DNA of 64,000 nucleotides from Anabaena sp. FACHB-1237 (GTDB lineage Bacteria; Cyanobacteriota; Cyanobacteriia; Cyanobacteriales; Nostocaceae): NCBI RefSeq assembly GCF_014696225.1, contig NZ_JACJPV010000013.1, positions 1 to 64,000 of the forward strand, read 5' to 3'. Shown piece by piece: positions 55,766 to 64,000 of this stretch (position 1 is its first letter; each line of letters starts with the position of its first letter). The notes under the pieces were generated by a model. It saw only the letters and a program-made list of their open reading frames with translations, ran no database searches and was not told where the DNA came from. The position numbers and the translations under genes were made by a program.

Positions 55766-56818
55766 ATGGAACAAACATCTATGAAAAAACGAGTTATATT
55801 ATCTGGATATTATGGGCTAGGTAACGGTGGAGATGAGGCTTTATTAGCCACACTTTTACAAATGTTACCATCTCATGTTACCCCTGTGGTACTATCAGGA
55901 AATCCTCAAGAAACTGCTTTACGTTATGGTGTGGAAACTTATCAAAGAAAGAACTTTTCCCAAGTAATAAAAGCCCTACATTCCTGTGATGTTTTTATTT
56001 GGGGAGGTGGTAGTTTAATCCAAGATGTTACTAGTTTAATCAGTCCTTTTTACTACGGTGGTTTAATGATTTTAGCCCGAATAATGGGGTTAAAAACCAT
56101 TGCTTGGGGTCAAGGAATTGGACCTTTAAAATATTTGCCCACTCAATTATTAGCCAGGACAAATTTTGCTAGTTGTGCTAAGGTTAGTGTGCGCGATCGC
56201 TCCAGTTCTAGTTTATTATCTAATTGGCATATACCCCATATTTTAGCACCAGATCCAGTGTGGGCTTTAGCTTCCCAACCAGTAGCAGAATTAGCTAATT
56301 TACCCAAACCTAGAATAGCAGTAACTTTAAGAAGTCATCCTCAACTAACACCGGATATTTTAGCAAATTTAACTCACGCTTTACGCAATTTACAAACAGC
56401 CACTCAAGCATTTCTTCTATTATTGCCATTTCAAAAAAGTCATGATTTAGAAATTGCTGAAACCATTAAATCACAACTTAATGATCACAGTCAAATTATT
56501 TGTTTAGAAGATCCTCAATTATTAAAAGGTGCATTTCGTCATGTAAATATGGTCATAGGAATGAGATTACATAGTTTAATTATGGCTGCTAGTGAAGGTT
56601 GTCGTTGTTTTGCCATTAGTTATGACCCAAAAATTAATCGTTTAATGGAAGATTTACACATACCTGGATGGGATTTAATTGATATTCCTCAAGATGTTAA
56701 TATCATTAGTCAAACATGGATTGAATATTATCAAAAAGGTGAAATTTTATCACATCAAAAAATTCAAACTTTGGTAAATGATGCTTTTTTGCATCAACAA
56801 TTATTAGAGGATATTTGA
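55766..56818 (+). CDS. csaB: Polysaccharide pyruvyl transferase CsaB
   Basis: MKKRVILSGYYGLGNGGDEALL and overall length/pattern of the PS_pyruv_trans family. Confidence 0.75.
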   Translation: MEQTSMKKRVILSGYYGLGNGGDEALLATLLQMLPSHVTPVVLSGNPQETALRYGVETYQRKNFSQVIKALHSCDVFIWGGGSLIQDVTSLISPFYYGGLMILARIMGLKTIAWGQGIGPLKYLPTQLLARTNFASCAKVSVRDRSSSSLLSNWHIPHILAPDPVWALASQPVAELANLPKPRIAVTLRSHPQLTPDILANLTHALRNLQTATQAFLLLLPFQKSHDLEIAETIKSQLNDHSQIICLEDPQLLKGAFRHVNMVIGMRLHSLIMAASEGCRCFAISYDPKINRLMEDLHIPGWDLIDIPQDVNIISQTWIEYYQKGEILSHQKIQTLVNDAFLHQQLLEDI

Positions 56819-56976
56819 AAAATTATCGGCCAATATAATTCGCTACTAAACAAACAAAGTCCACCTTCGTGGACTAACACAAAATTAAGGTTTTAAACCC
56901 AACGTAGTTGGGTTTAGCCTGTGTAAAAGCGTTTTTTAACCGTTTAGATACGTATGAATTTAGATTTTTAAAACAC

Positions 56977-57073
56977 CCTCTTACGCAAGTGTCACACTAA
57001 AAAATCTGTTGTAGGGTGCGTCAGATATCAACAGTTTGGTTATTTACATGATTTATACTGTCTGACGCACCCC
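56977..57073. mobile_element. Small MITE-like element (TIR gggtgcgtcaga / tctgacgcaccc, preceded by the cttacgcaagtgtcacact module)
   Basis: ctcttacgcaagtgtcacactaaaaaatctgttgtagggtgcgtcagatatcaacagtttggttatttacatgatttatactgtctgacgcaccc. Related copies at 51636.., 61205.., 7258..7356 and 2404..2497. Confidence 0.7.
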
Positions 57074-57083
57074 TATTACCTTA

Positions 57084-58007
57084 TTAGTTGATGTAATTTG
57101 TCAGTACCCAATTGCGTAAATAGGAGTTTACTTGTTCTGGAACTTCATCATGAGGACAATGACCAGCATTGATAAAATATTCTGTTAATTGTGGATAATA
57201 TTCATGGAATTTTTTCGATCTTTCTTGTGCTTGCATCCAAGGATCTCCTTGTCCCCAAAGTAATAATAATGGACAATTTATTTTTGATAATAAAACATCA
57301 ACTGTGTCTCCTTTTGGACTGCTAAAAACGGAAACAAATACATCCAATGCCCCTGTATCAAATGCTGGACGTTGTATATCATCTACTAGTTGTTCCGTGA
57401 CAGAACTTTGATCTAAATAAACCTTCTTTAAGGTACGTCGAATTACCCATTTTTGTCGTGTATATTGAAATATTAAAGATTGGATAATTCTTTGTTTAAA
57501 TAACCATGTTATACTTTGATTTTGCAGCTTTTTCCAAATATTTTGATCTGGTTTTATTTGACCATCTGTATTTTTATTCTCTGTAGAGGAAAATCTTCCT
57601 GCACTGTTGAGTAATACGATACCTGCTACATTTTCAGGATATTCTGCTGCTGTGCATAAACAAGCATAACCACCAAGGGAATTACCCGCTAATACTGTTC
57701 TTTGGCCAATTACTTCTTTAATAAAATCATGTAATTGTTCACGCCAAATATTACCACCATACTCTAATTTAGGTTTCCCAGAGCGCCCAAATCCTAATAA
57801 GTCAATAGCAAATACTTGAAAGTCTTGAGATAATTCGCTAATATTTTTACGCCAATGATCTGTGGACGCACCAAAACCATGTACTAGTAATAGTGAGGGT
57901 TTGTGCTGTGCGAATGATCCAGCTTGTACATAATATACTTTATGTCCTCGCCATTGCCAATATTGTCCAGGTATGTGATTTGTAGTGCTTGTTATGGTTG
58001 TTTGCAT
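57084..58007 (-). CDS. Alpha/beta-fold hydrolase
   Basis: LLLVHGFGASTDHWRKN, nucleophile elbow GNSLGG, C-terminal His. Confidence 0.75.
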   Translation of the reverse strand: MQTTITSTTNHIPGQYWQWRGHKVYYVQAGSFAQHKPSLLLVHGFGASTDHWRKNISELSQDFQVFAIDLLGFGRSGKPKLEYGGNIWREQLHDFIKEVIGQRTVLAGNSLGGYACLCTAAEYPENVAGIVLLNSAGRFSSTENKNTDGQIKPDQNIWKKLQNQSITWLFKQRIIQSLIFQYTRQKWVIRRTLKKVYLDQSSVTEQLVDDIQRPAFDTGALDVFVSVFSSPKGDTVDVLLSKINCPLLLLWGQGDPWMQAQERSKKFHEYYPQLTEYFINAGHCPHDEVPEQVNSYLRNWVLTNYIN

Positions 58008-58347
58008 ATAAATTAAGAAATGTTAAGCAACTTTTTAGTATTGTAATACTTCTAGGATGATAGATTTTCTGTTTTTTATCAGAAAACATGACAAGTGCGA
58101 TTGGTTGTTAGCTAAATCATAGTAAACAGACCGTACATAAGCTAACCAACCCACCCTGAAAACAGGAAAAGGTTGAACTCTCGGTCGGATATCAGCTATT
58201 TCCTAGCTAACAATTTTATAAACAAAACTATACACACATAGACAAACCCTTACTAAAATTACTGTAGTGCAAGCATCTTGCTTGCATCTATTATCCAAAT
58301 TAAAAGCACAACAGCTTATCTCTAAAAACTGCCTAATATTAGCATAT

Positions 58348-59337
58348 TTACCGTGTCTGAAAAATATTCTGCACCATTTTCTTCTCAGACTTAGCCGCAA
58401 AACTATCTAATTCTGCCACCTCTCCATCACTTAAAAGCCAACCTAAAGCCCCCATATTTTGCTTTGCTTGTTCCACATTCTTAGCCCCAGGAATGGGAAT
58501 TGTCCCTTTAGAAATACACCAATTAATGGCAACTTGAGATATGGTTTTATTTCTCCTATTGGCTATTTCTTGTAAACAGCCTAAAAGTGGTTTAATTCCT
58601 GGTAATATTTGTTTGAATAAAAACCCGCGTACCCCTTTAGGTAAACTGCCATTTTCCGAAAATTTACCTGTCAATAAACCCAATGCTAAAGGACTATAAG
58701 CAATGAGTTTAATTCCTAAATCATCACACACTGATTTTAACCCTAATTCTGTCACTGGATAGGTAGATAAAAGTGAATATTGTACCTGTAAAGTTTTAAT
58801 AGGAATACCTCTTTCCTGAAATCTTTTATGTGCCCATAATAATCTTTTTGTACCATAATTAGATAATCCTACACCTGTAACTAAACCCTGTTCATATAAG
58901 TCTCCTAAACCATCTAATAACCCTATTTCTTGCCAAGGTGCATAATTGGCAGTTGACCAGTGGATTTGCACTAAATCCACATTTTTTCCTAATCTTTTAG
59001 CAGAAGCATTACAAGCGGAAATAATTGATTTTCTTGTCCATCTCCAAGGATAAGCTGCTAATTTTGTAGCTATACAAATATTATGTTTATTATCTTGATT
59101 TAATGCTTGATATTCTCTGGTAAACTTTCCTAAAAGTAGTTCACTTTGGCCATTTAATTTTCCTGTACCATAGGAATCTCCTGTATCAAATAAGGTAACG
59201 CCATTATTCACACAAAGATTAAATACTTCTTGTAGTTGGTGATCCATACTTTGATTATATCCCCAAAGTAATTGGTTTCCCCAAGCCCATGTTCCGCATC
59301 CCATTGTCCCTAAAGATAGCGATTTTTTGGTTGTCAT
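58348..59337 (-). CDS. Aldo/keto reductase family oxidoreductase
   Basis: DTGDSYG (catalytic Asp/Tyr region), IATKL, C-terminal NADP-binding region IPIPGAKN. Confidence 0.8.
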   Translation of the reverse strand: MTTKKSLSLGTMGCGTWAWGNQLLWGYNQSMDHQLQEVFNLCVNNGVTLFDTGDSYGTGKLNGQSELLLGKFTREYQALNQDNKHNICIATKLAAYPWRWTRKSIISACNASAKRLGKNVDLVQIHWSTANYAPWQEIGLLDGLGDLYEQGLVTGVGLSNYGTKRLLWAHKRFQERGIPIKTLQVQYSLLSTYPVTELGLKSVCDDLGIKLIAYSPLALGLLTGKFSENGSLPKGVRGFLFKQILPGIKPLLGCLQEIANRRNKTISQVAINWCISKGTIPIPGAKNVEQAKQNMGALGWLLSDGEVAELDSFAAKSEKKMVQNIFQTR

Positions 59338-59747
59338 AGTTTGATTTAACTTTTATAGAGTAAAATGTTACAAAATTCCAGCTTTTACATAATTATCAGA
59401 AAATATAGAAGTAGTTTATATCTAACTCTGACAATTCTCCTTTATTAAATGATTTAATCACACAATTGGCTATTCACCTCCATTAAACTTTGAATGATAG
59501 CGATTATTTTACTCCACCACAGGAGCGATGATATCAATCTAACTTTCATGATCAAAAACACCATAAACATCATCATCATTTTCATAGCATATATTCATAT
59601 CATCTAAGTAATTTATCTCACCCTCTAACTTGCGATAACTCTCAAAATTTTAATGACAATTGCCATGTCAATGGTATCAATCATCATTCTGAACATCATT
59701 TGGTAATTGGTGCGTTAGCTGTTTTGATAACGCACCCTACTTTGTTG

Positions 59748-61109
59748 TTATTGGTTGTTGCTTATTAGTTGTTGCACTACTCGATCTAAACCTACAGAAT
59801 GTGCAGCTTTAAATAATAAGCGATCGCCTGACTGTATCACACTTTTTAATCTTTTCACTAACTGATCATGGTTAGGAAAACATTCGCAATGTATCCCTTC
59901 CGCACTATTAGCTATAATTTCCGCATCTGGATGATCAGCTAATACTAATAAACCATCTAATTGTAATTTCTTGACCATTTCTCCCACTTGATAATGTAAT
60001 TCCTGGGATCTATTTCCTAGTTCTTTCATCGCACCTAAAACTGCAATTTTCCGCTTTCCTGGAGTATCTGCTAACAACTGCAAAGCTGCTAACATTGCTT
60101 CTGGTGCGGCATTATAGGTTTCATCTAATATGATAATATCATCATCTAAGGTAAATCTTTGACCTCTACCAGTGGGCATATTTACATTAACACCAGATTG
60201 TAAATTTTCCCAATCAATATTTAATACCTTTGCTACAGCTAAAGCTGCTAAAAAGTTACTCGCATTATGACGGCCAGGTAATGGTAATACAAATTTCATC
60301 CCTGATACTTCAATGATTTCATTATTAATGAAATTACCATGAATACTACCTCCAGAAAATCCATAAGTGATTAATTTTCCTTGCCAAAATTTTGTCGCTG
60401 TTTCCATTAATCTGGCATTATCATAATTGAGAATAGCAATGCTATTATCAGACATATTTGCTAATAATTCACATTTTGCTTCTGCTATCGCTTGTTCTGA
60501 ACCTAATAACTCAATATGTGCTGTTCCCACATTAGTAATTACTCCAATATTTGGCCTAGCAATTTTCGTTAATTCCGCAATTTGTCCCCTTCCTCTCATG
60601 GCCATTTCAATTACTGCGAAATCATCATCTTTCTCTAATTCTAAAAGTGTTTTCGGTACTCCAATTTCATTATTAAAATTACTAAAGGTTTTATGTACTT
60701 TTCCTTGAGTTGCTAACACTGCGGAAATTAATTCTTTAGTAGTAGTTTTTCCCACAGAACCCGTAATACCAATTATGGGAATATCAAATTGTTCTCGCCA
60801 ATATCTTCCTATTTGTTGATATGCTGTTAAAGTATTTCTTACTTTTAAAATCGGTAAGTCTGTATTTTCGTAATCATCATCAACTATAGCTACAATAGCA
60901 CCTTGAGCGATCGCCTTATCCACAAAATCATGGCCATCAAACCTTTCCCCCCGTAAAGCAACAAATACCTCTCCAGGTTTTAAACTTCGTGTATCTGTCT
61001 GTACACCTGTGCTTAACTGTAACAAATCAGAATTAGATAGATTTATAGGTTTTGCAGCAAGCACTTCTACCAATTGAGAGAGACTAATAGAAACTGACAT
61101 TGTGATCAC
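59748..61109 (-). CDS. murF: UDP-N-acetylmuramoyl-tripeptide--D-alanyl-D-alanine ligase MurF
   Basis: GITGSVGKTTTKE P-loop, Mur ligase central and C-terminal domain patterns (DETYNAAPEAM). Confidence 0.85.
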   Translation of the reverse strand: MITMSVSISLSQLVEVLAAKPINLSNSDLLQLSTGVQTDTRSLKPGEVFVALRGERFDGHDFVDKAIAQGAIVAIVDDDYENTDLPILKVRNTLTAYQQIGRYWREQFDIPIIGITGSVGKTTTKELISAVLATQGKVHKTFSNFNNEIGVPKTLLELEKDDDFAVIEMAMRGRGQIAELTKIARPNIGVITNVGTAHIELLGSEQAIAEAKCELLANMSDNSIAILNYDNARLMETATKFWQGKLITYGFSGGSIHGNFINNEIIEVSGMKFVLPLPGRHNASNFLAALAVAKVLNIDWENLQSGVNVNMPTGRGQRFTLDDDIIILDETYNAAPEAMLAALQLLADTPGKRKIAVLGAMKELGNRSQELHYQVGEMVKKLQLDGLLVLADHPDAEIIANSAEGIHCECFPNHDQLVKRLKSVIQSGDRLLFKAAHSVGLDRVVQQLISNNQ

Positions 61110-61171
61110 AAATATAATGATGTTGACATTTTCCCAGAAAATATCATCTCAAAGAATTATATCTAATGGTA

Positions 61172-61542
61172 GATCCTCGACTTCTCAAAGAAGCCAAGGA
61201 TCTGAGTTGTAGGGTGCGTCAGAGTGCATAAATACTGTAAATAAACAGATTATTGATATCTGATATCATGTCTGCCCAATCACTTACGATATAGTTCATC
61301 ACTGTATTGCCTTTTCCCAATTACCAATTACCCATTACCAGCCTCAACAGATATGATCAGTGTTCCACCGGATAAGCTAATGTGCAGCACTCACTGTATA
61401 ATTAAAAAACCTGAAGTTACAGTAGCACAAGCATCTTGCTTGTATTAATTATTCAAGTTAAAGGCACAACAGCTTATGATATGACACACCATGAAAATGT
61501 GCAAATAGTAGACCCTCGACTTCTCAAAAAAGCCAAGGATCT
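61172..61542. repeat. Cluster of four different dispersed repeat units in an ORF-free ~1.2-kb region
   Basis: Hairpin-family copies at 61172..61202 and 61511..61542. MITE module at 61205..61362. 106-bp repeat at 61383..61488. Confidence 0.8.
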
Positions 61543-62310
61543 GAGTAAATAATATTCAATTACTTAGAAATTACTAGACAGCAAATACACGCTTAGGTTA
61601 AATGTTGTGCTTGAAGAGTATATCATGTCAACCTGAAATTAGCTGTCTCCTGTTTTTTCCATAGTTTCAATAACTGCCAAACCTATACTAGAACCTACAA
61701 TTAACATAATTGCTGATGCAAAGAAAGCATAAGTGAGAATACGTAACGCTTCATCAAAAAAAATGTAAGTAACCATTGTTTCACCGTTTGAACTCTATGT
61801 TGTTGGTGCGATATCAGCTAAAAGCTCAATACCTTTGGTCTATTCCTCATGACTACATCTTAACAAAACTTTAGATAAATAAGTAAGTGATGACAAACTT
61901 TTATAATTAAAGATTTGATGAAATCTAAGAGAATTTATTGTAAGTATAATATATAAATAAATATTTAAGTAAAAATACCAGTATTTTAGCCATATATTGC
62001 TGATTTCTCAACTAAGTTACTCATATAATCACATCGGGTAAAAGAATTTTATGGATTTACAAAACTTTACATTAGCAACTAACCCTGCAAATATTCAGTT
62101 AGGTGAGTATCCATATCATAGGGAATTATGAAGATAACTAAAGCTATTGAGAATTGTACCTTTACTGGGGAAACTATAATCCCCCTGATCCCATCTGCTT
62201 TGATCATTACGGAAACCACTACAAAATATCAGTCAACAGCGACATTAATAGATTTGTTAAACTAAGAAAACCAGGACTTTTCAGTAAAAACCTCACAAAA
62301 GAAAATATTC

Positions 62311-63783
62311 ATGTTAACAAATACCCTACTTCTCTCCAATCAACTTCATAATCTACAATATTCCTCAACTACAGAAAAATTTGACGACACCTGGGAAGCT
62401 CCATTATCCACCTTACTAGGACTTGGACGCGCAGCCGGTGCAGATTTTGTAGAATTTTTTTTAGAACGTCGTAACTACATCAGTTGTTTAGCCGAAGATG
62501 ACACAATTACCAGCATTTCCCCCAGTTTAGCCACTGGTGCAGGAGTGAGAGTATTTCGTGGTAAAGCTGATTGTTACGTAAGCACCAATAATCTTACCTT
62601 TAATGGCTTAAAAGCGGCTCTAGAAAAAGGTTTATCTATATTGGGGTTACAATTACCTACAGCTAACGCCTTAATTCCTGAAACCAACTTAGAACTACTG
62701 CGAGACTACGCTACAAAACGCGGTAAAGATGCGTGGTTACCCTTATGTAGTTCTATTCAGGAAATGGGCGAAATTCTCCTAGATGGTACAGCCCAACTTA
62801 ACAAAAAAGCCACTCACATTCAATCTCGACGGGCTTCCTACTTCCGAGACTGGCAAGAAGTATTAGTTGCAGCCAGCGATGGCACATTTGCCCGTGATAT
62901 CAGGCTTACCCAGTCCGTCGGTTTTAATATTCTATGTGCTGATGGTGCAAACCGCGCCTCCATTGGTGAACGTGCGGGCAATACCAGTGACCCCAATTTC
63001 TTAAAAACCTGGGACTATGAAACAGACGCAGAACATATAGCGGAATCTGCGGGTAAAATGTTATATGCAGATTATGTAGAATCAGGCAACTATCCCATCA
63101 TTATGGCTAACCATTTTGGCGGAGTAATATTCCATGAAGCCTGTGGACATTTATTAGAAACAACCCAAATTGAGCGTAATACCACACCCTTCGCAGACAA
63201 AAAAGGCGAAAAGATTGCCCATGAAAGTTTAACAGCTTGGGATGAAGGACGCGCTGATAACGCATTTGGCACAATTGACATGGATGATGAAGGAATGCCA
63301 GCCCAACGCACATTATTAATAGAAAAAGGCGTTTTAAAGAACTTTTTAGCAGATAGAACTGGATCCCTAAGAACAGGACATCCGCGCACAGGTAGCGGCC
63401 GTCGTCAAAATTACACCTTTGCTGCTGCTAGTCGCATGAGAAATACCTACATTGCACCAGGAGAATATAGCAACGAAGAATTATTTTCCTCCATTGATAA
63501 AGGCATTTATTGTAAGAAAATGGGTGGCGGAAGTGTGGGAGCAACTGGTCAATTTAACTTTAGTGTTGACGAGGCTTACTTAATAGAAAATGGTAAAATT
63601 ACCAAACCATTAAAAGGTGCAACATTAATTGGAGAAGCAAAGGAAATTATGAATAAAATTTCTATGTGTTCCCAAGATTTAGAATTAGCACCTGGTTTTT
63701 GTGGTTCAGTGAGTGGCAGCATTTATACAACAGTTGGACAGCCACATATTAAAGTTGATTCTATCACCGTTGGTGGCAGATAA
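62311..63783 (+). CDS. tldD: TldD-family metalloprotease
   Basis: HEACGHLLE zinc-binding motif. [13 protein letters not shown]-terminal region. C-terminal Gly-rich beta region. Confidence 0.85.
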   Translation: MLTNTLLLSNQLHNLQYSSTTEKFDDTWEAPLSTLLGLGRAAGADFVEFFLERRNYISCLAEDDTITSISPSLATGAGVRVFRGKADCYVSTNNLTFNGLKAALEKGLSILGLQLPTANALIPETNLELLRDYATKRGKDAWLPLCSSIQEMGEILLDGTAQLNKKATHIQSRRASYFRDWQEVLVAASDGTFARDIRLTQSVGFNILCADGANRASIGERAGNTSDPNFLKTWDYETDAEHIAESAGKMLYADYVESGNYPIIMANHFGGVIFHEACGHLLETTQIERNTTPFADKKGEKIAHESLTAWDEGRADNAFGTIDMDDEGMPAQRTLLIEKGVLKNFLADRTGSLRTGHPRTGSGRRQNYTFAAASRMRNTYIAPGEYSNEELFSSIDKGIYCKKMGGGSVGATGQFNFSVDEAYLIENGKITKPLKGATLIGEAKEIMNKISMCSQDLELAPGFCGSVSGSIYTTVGQPHIKVDSITVGGR

Positions 63784-63793
63784 TTCCAAATGT

Positions 63794-63853
63794 CCCCGAC
63801 TTGTATGATAAATTATTTAATTAATTGATAATCTCAAAAAAGAAGTCGGGGAT
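63794..63853. repeat. Extended hairpin CCCCGACTT(N42)AAGTCGGGG, variant of the 30307 family
   Basis: Seen directly, just after the tldD stop. A half-site, agaagtcggggatc, occurs at ~53676..53692. Confidence 0.6.
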
Positions 63854-63906
63854 CTGAAATCACAAATTTATCAAAGAAAAGTTTTGCAATTTTTAGGTTT
63901 TAATTC

Positions 63907-64000
63907 ATGACTACGAAAATACAAGAAATCGCTAATTCTGCTCAAGAAAATGCTAAAAAATTAGGCATTAAAAAGTTTGATATTTACGGTTCAACTGTAG
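63907..64000 (+). CDS. 5' end of a probable PmbA/TldE-family gene (partial, runs off the window)
   Basis: MTTKIQEIANSAQENAKKLGIKKFDIYGST; its position after tldD matches the usual tldD-pmbA pairing. Confidence 0.4.
   Translation, partial: MTTKIQEIANSAQENAKKLGIKKFDIYGSTV

Noticed and set aside
58203-58400. 65-aa ORF upstream of the aldo-keto reductase
   Set aside because: Spans a partial copy of the 106-bp repeat and overlaps the reductase C-terminus.
61638-61776. Candidate small hydrophobic minus-strand ORF (MVTYIFFDEALRIL...) in the murF-tldD spacer
   Set aside because: Careful re-translation hits a stop after 36 codons. No similarity to known photosystem or cytochrome small subunits.
62154-62351. 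65-aa ORF overlapping the tldD start
   Set aside because: No motif. Overlaps a confident gene.
1-64000. CRISPR array, tRNA or rRNA genes
   Set aside because: Repeats present are palindromic or MITE-like and not regularly spaced direct repeats with unique spacers. No cloverleaf-compatible ~75-nt GC-rich segments or rRNA-like conserved stretches were seen in the intergenic regions by eye. A tRNAscan/Infernal run would be needed for certainty.

Overview
Low-GC cyanobacterial chromosomal segment, Nostocales-like. Supporting evidence: GCGATCGC (HIP1) octamers every ~1-3 kb; a PSRP-3/Ycf65 gene; Ser/Thr kinase-WD40 and kinase-FGE fusion genes; several families of small dispersed palindromic/MITE-like repeats. 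The dominant feature is a compact ~20.5-kb hybrid NRPS/PKS biosynthetic gene cluster (9830..30302, + strand) made of three megasynthase genes plus one embedded secreted hypothetical. Its domain string is T0-AMT-LLM(Ox)-C-A(FkbM-type MT insert)-T | KS-AT(malonyl)-KR-ACP | C-A-T-C-A-T-TE. There is no FAAL, loading KS/AT, MbtH or transporter in the window. The cluster is flanked by housekeeping genes (ycf65, recN). Downstream lie ordinary genes (recN, rdgB, purN, a PGM/PMM-family mutase, hisA, murF, tldD, csaB, ABC permeases) interleaved with two operon-like blocks that look accessory. Block one (40745..45300) holds a HEPN-like protein, a ParA/MinD-like ATPase whose P-loop lysine is replaced by Arg, a second P-loop NTPase, and a tandem-duplicated CobA/CobO-type corrinoid adenosyltransferase. 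Block two (45479..51576) holds a FAD oxidoreductase, an AsnB-like amidotransferase lacking the N-terminal Cys nucleophile (beta-lactam-synthetase/lasso-cyclase-like), a diaminopimelate-decarboxylase-like protein that apparently lacks the PLP-binding Lys, and a zinc-ribbon membrane protein. Both blocks are bounded by repeat elements. No rRNA, tRNA or CRISPR array was recognised by eye.
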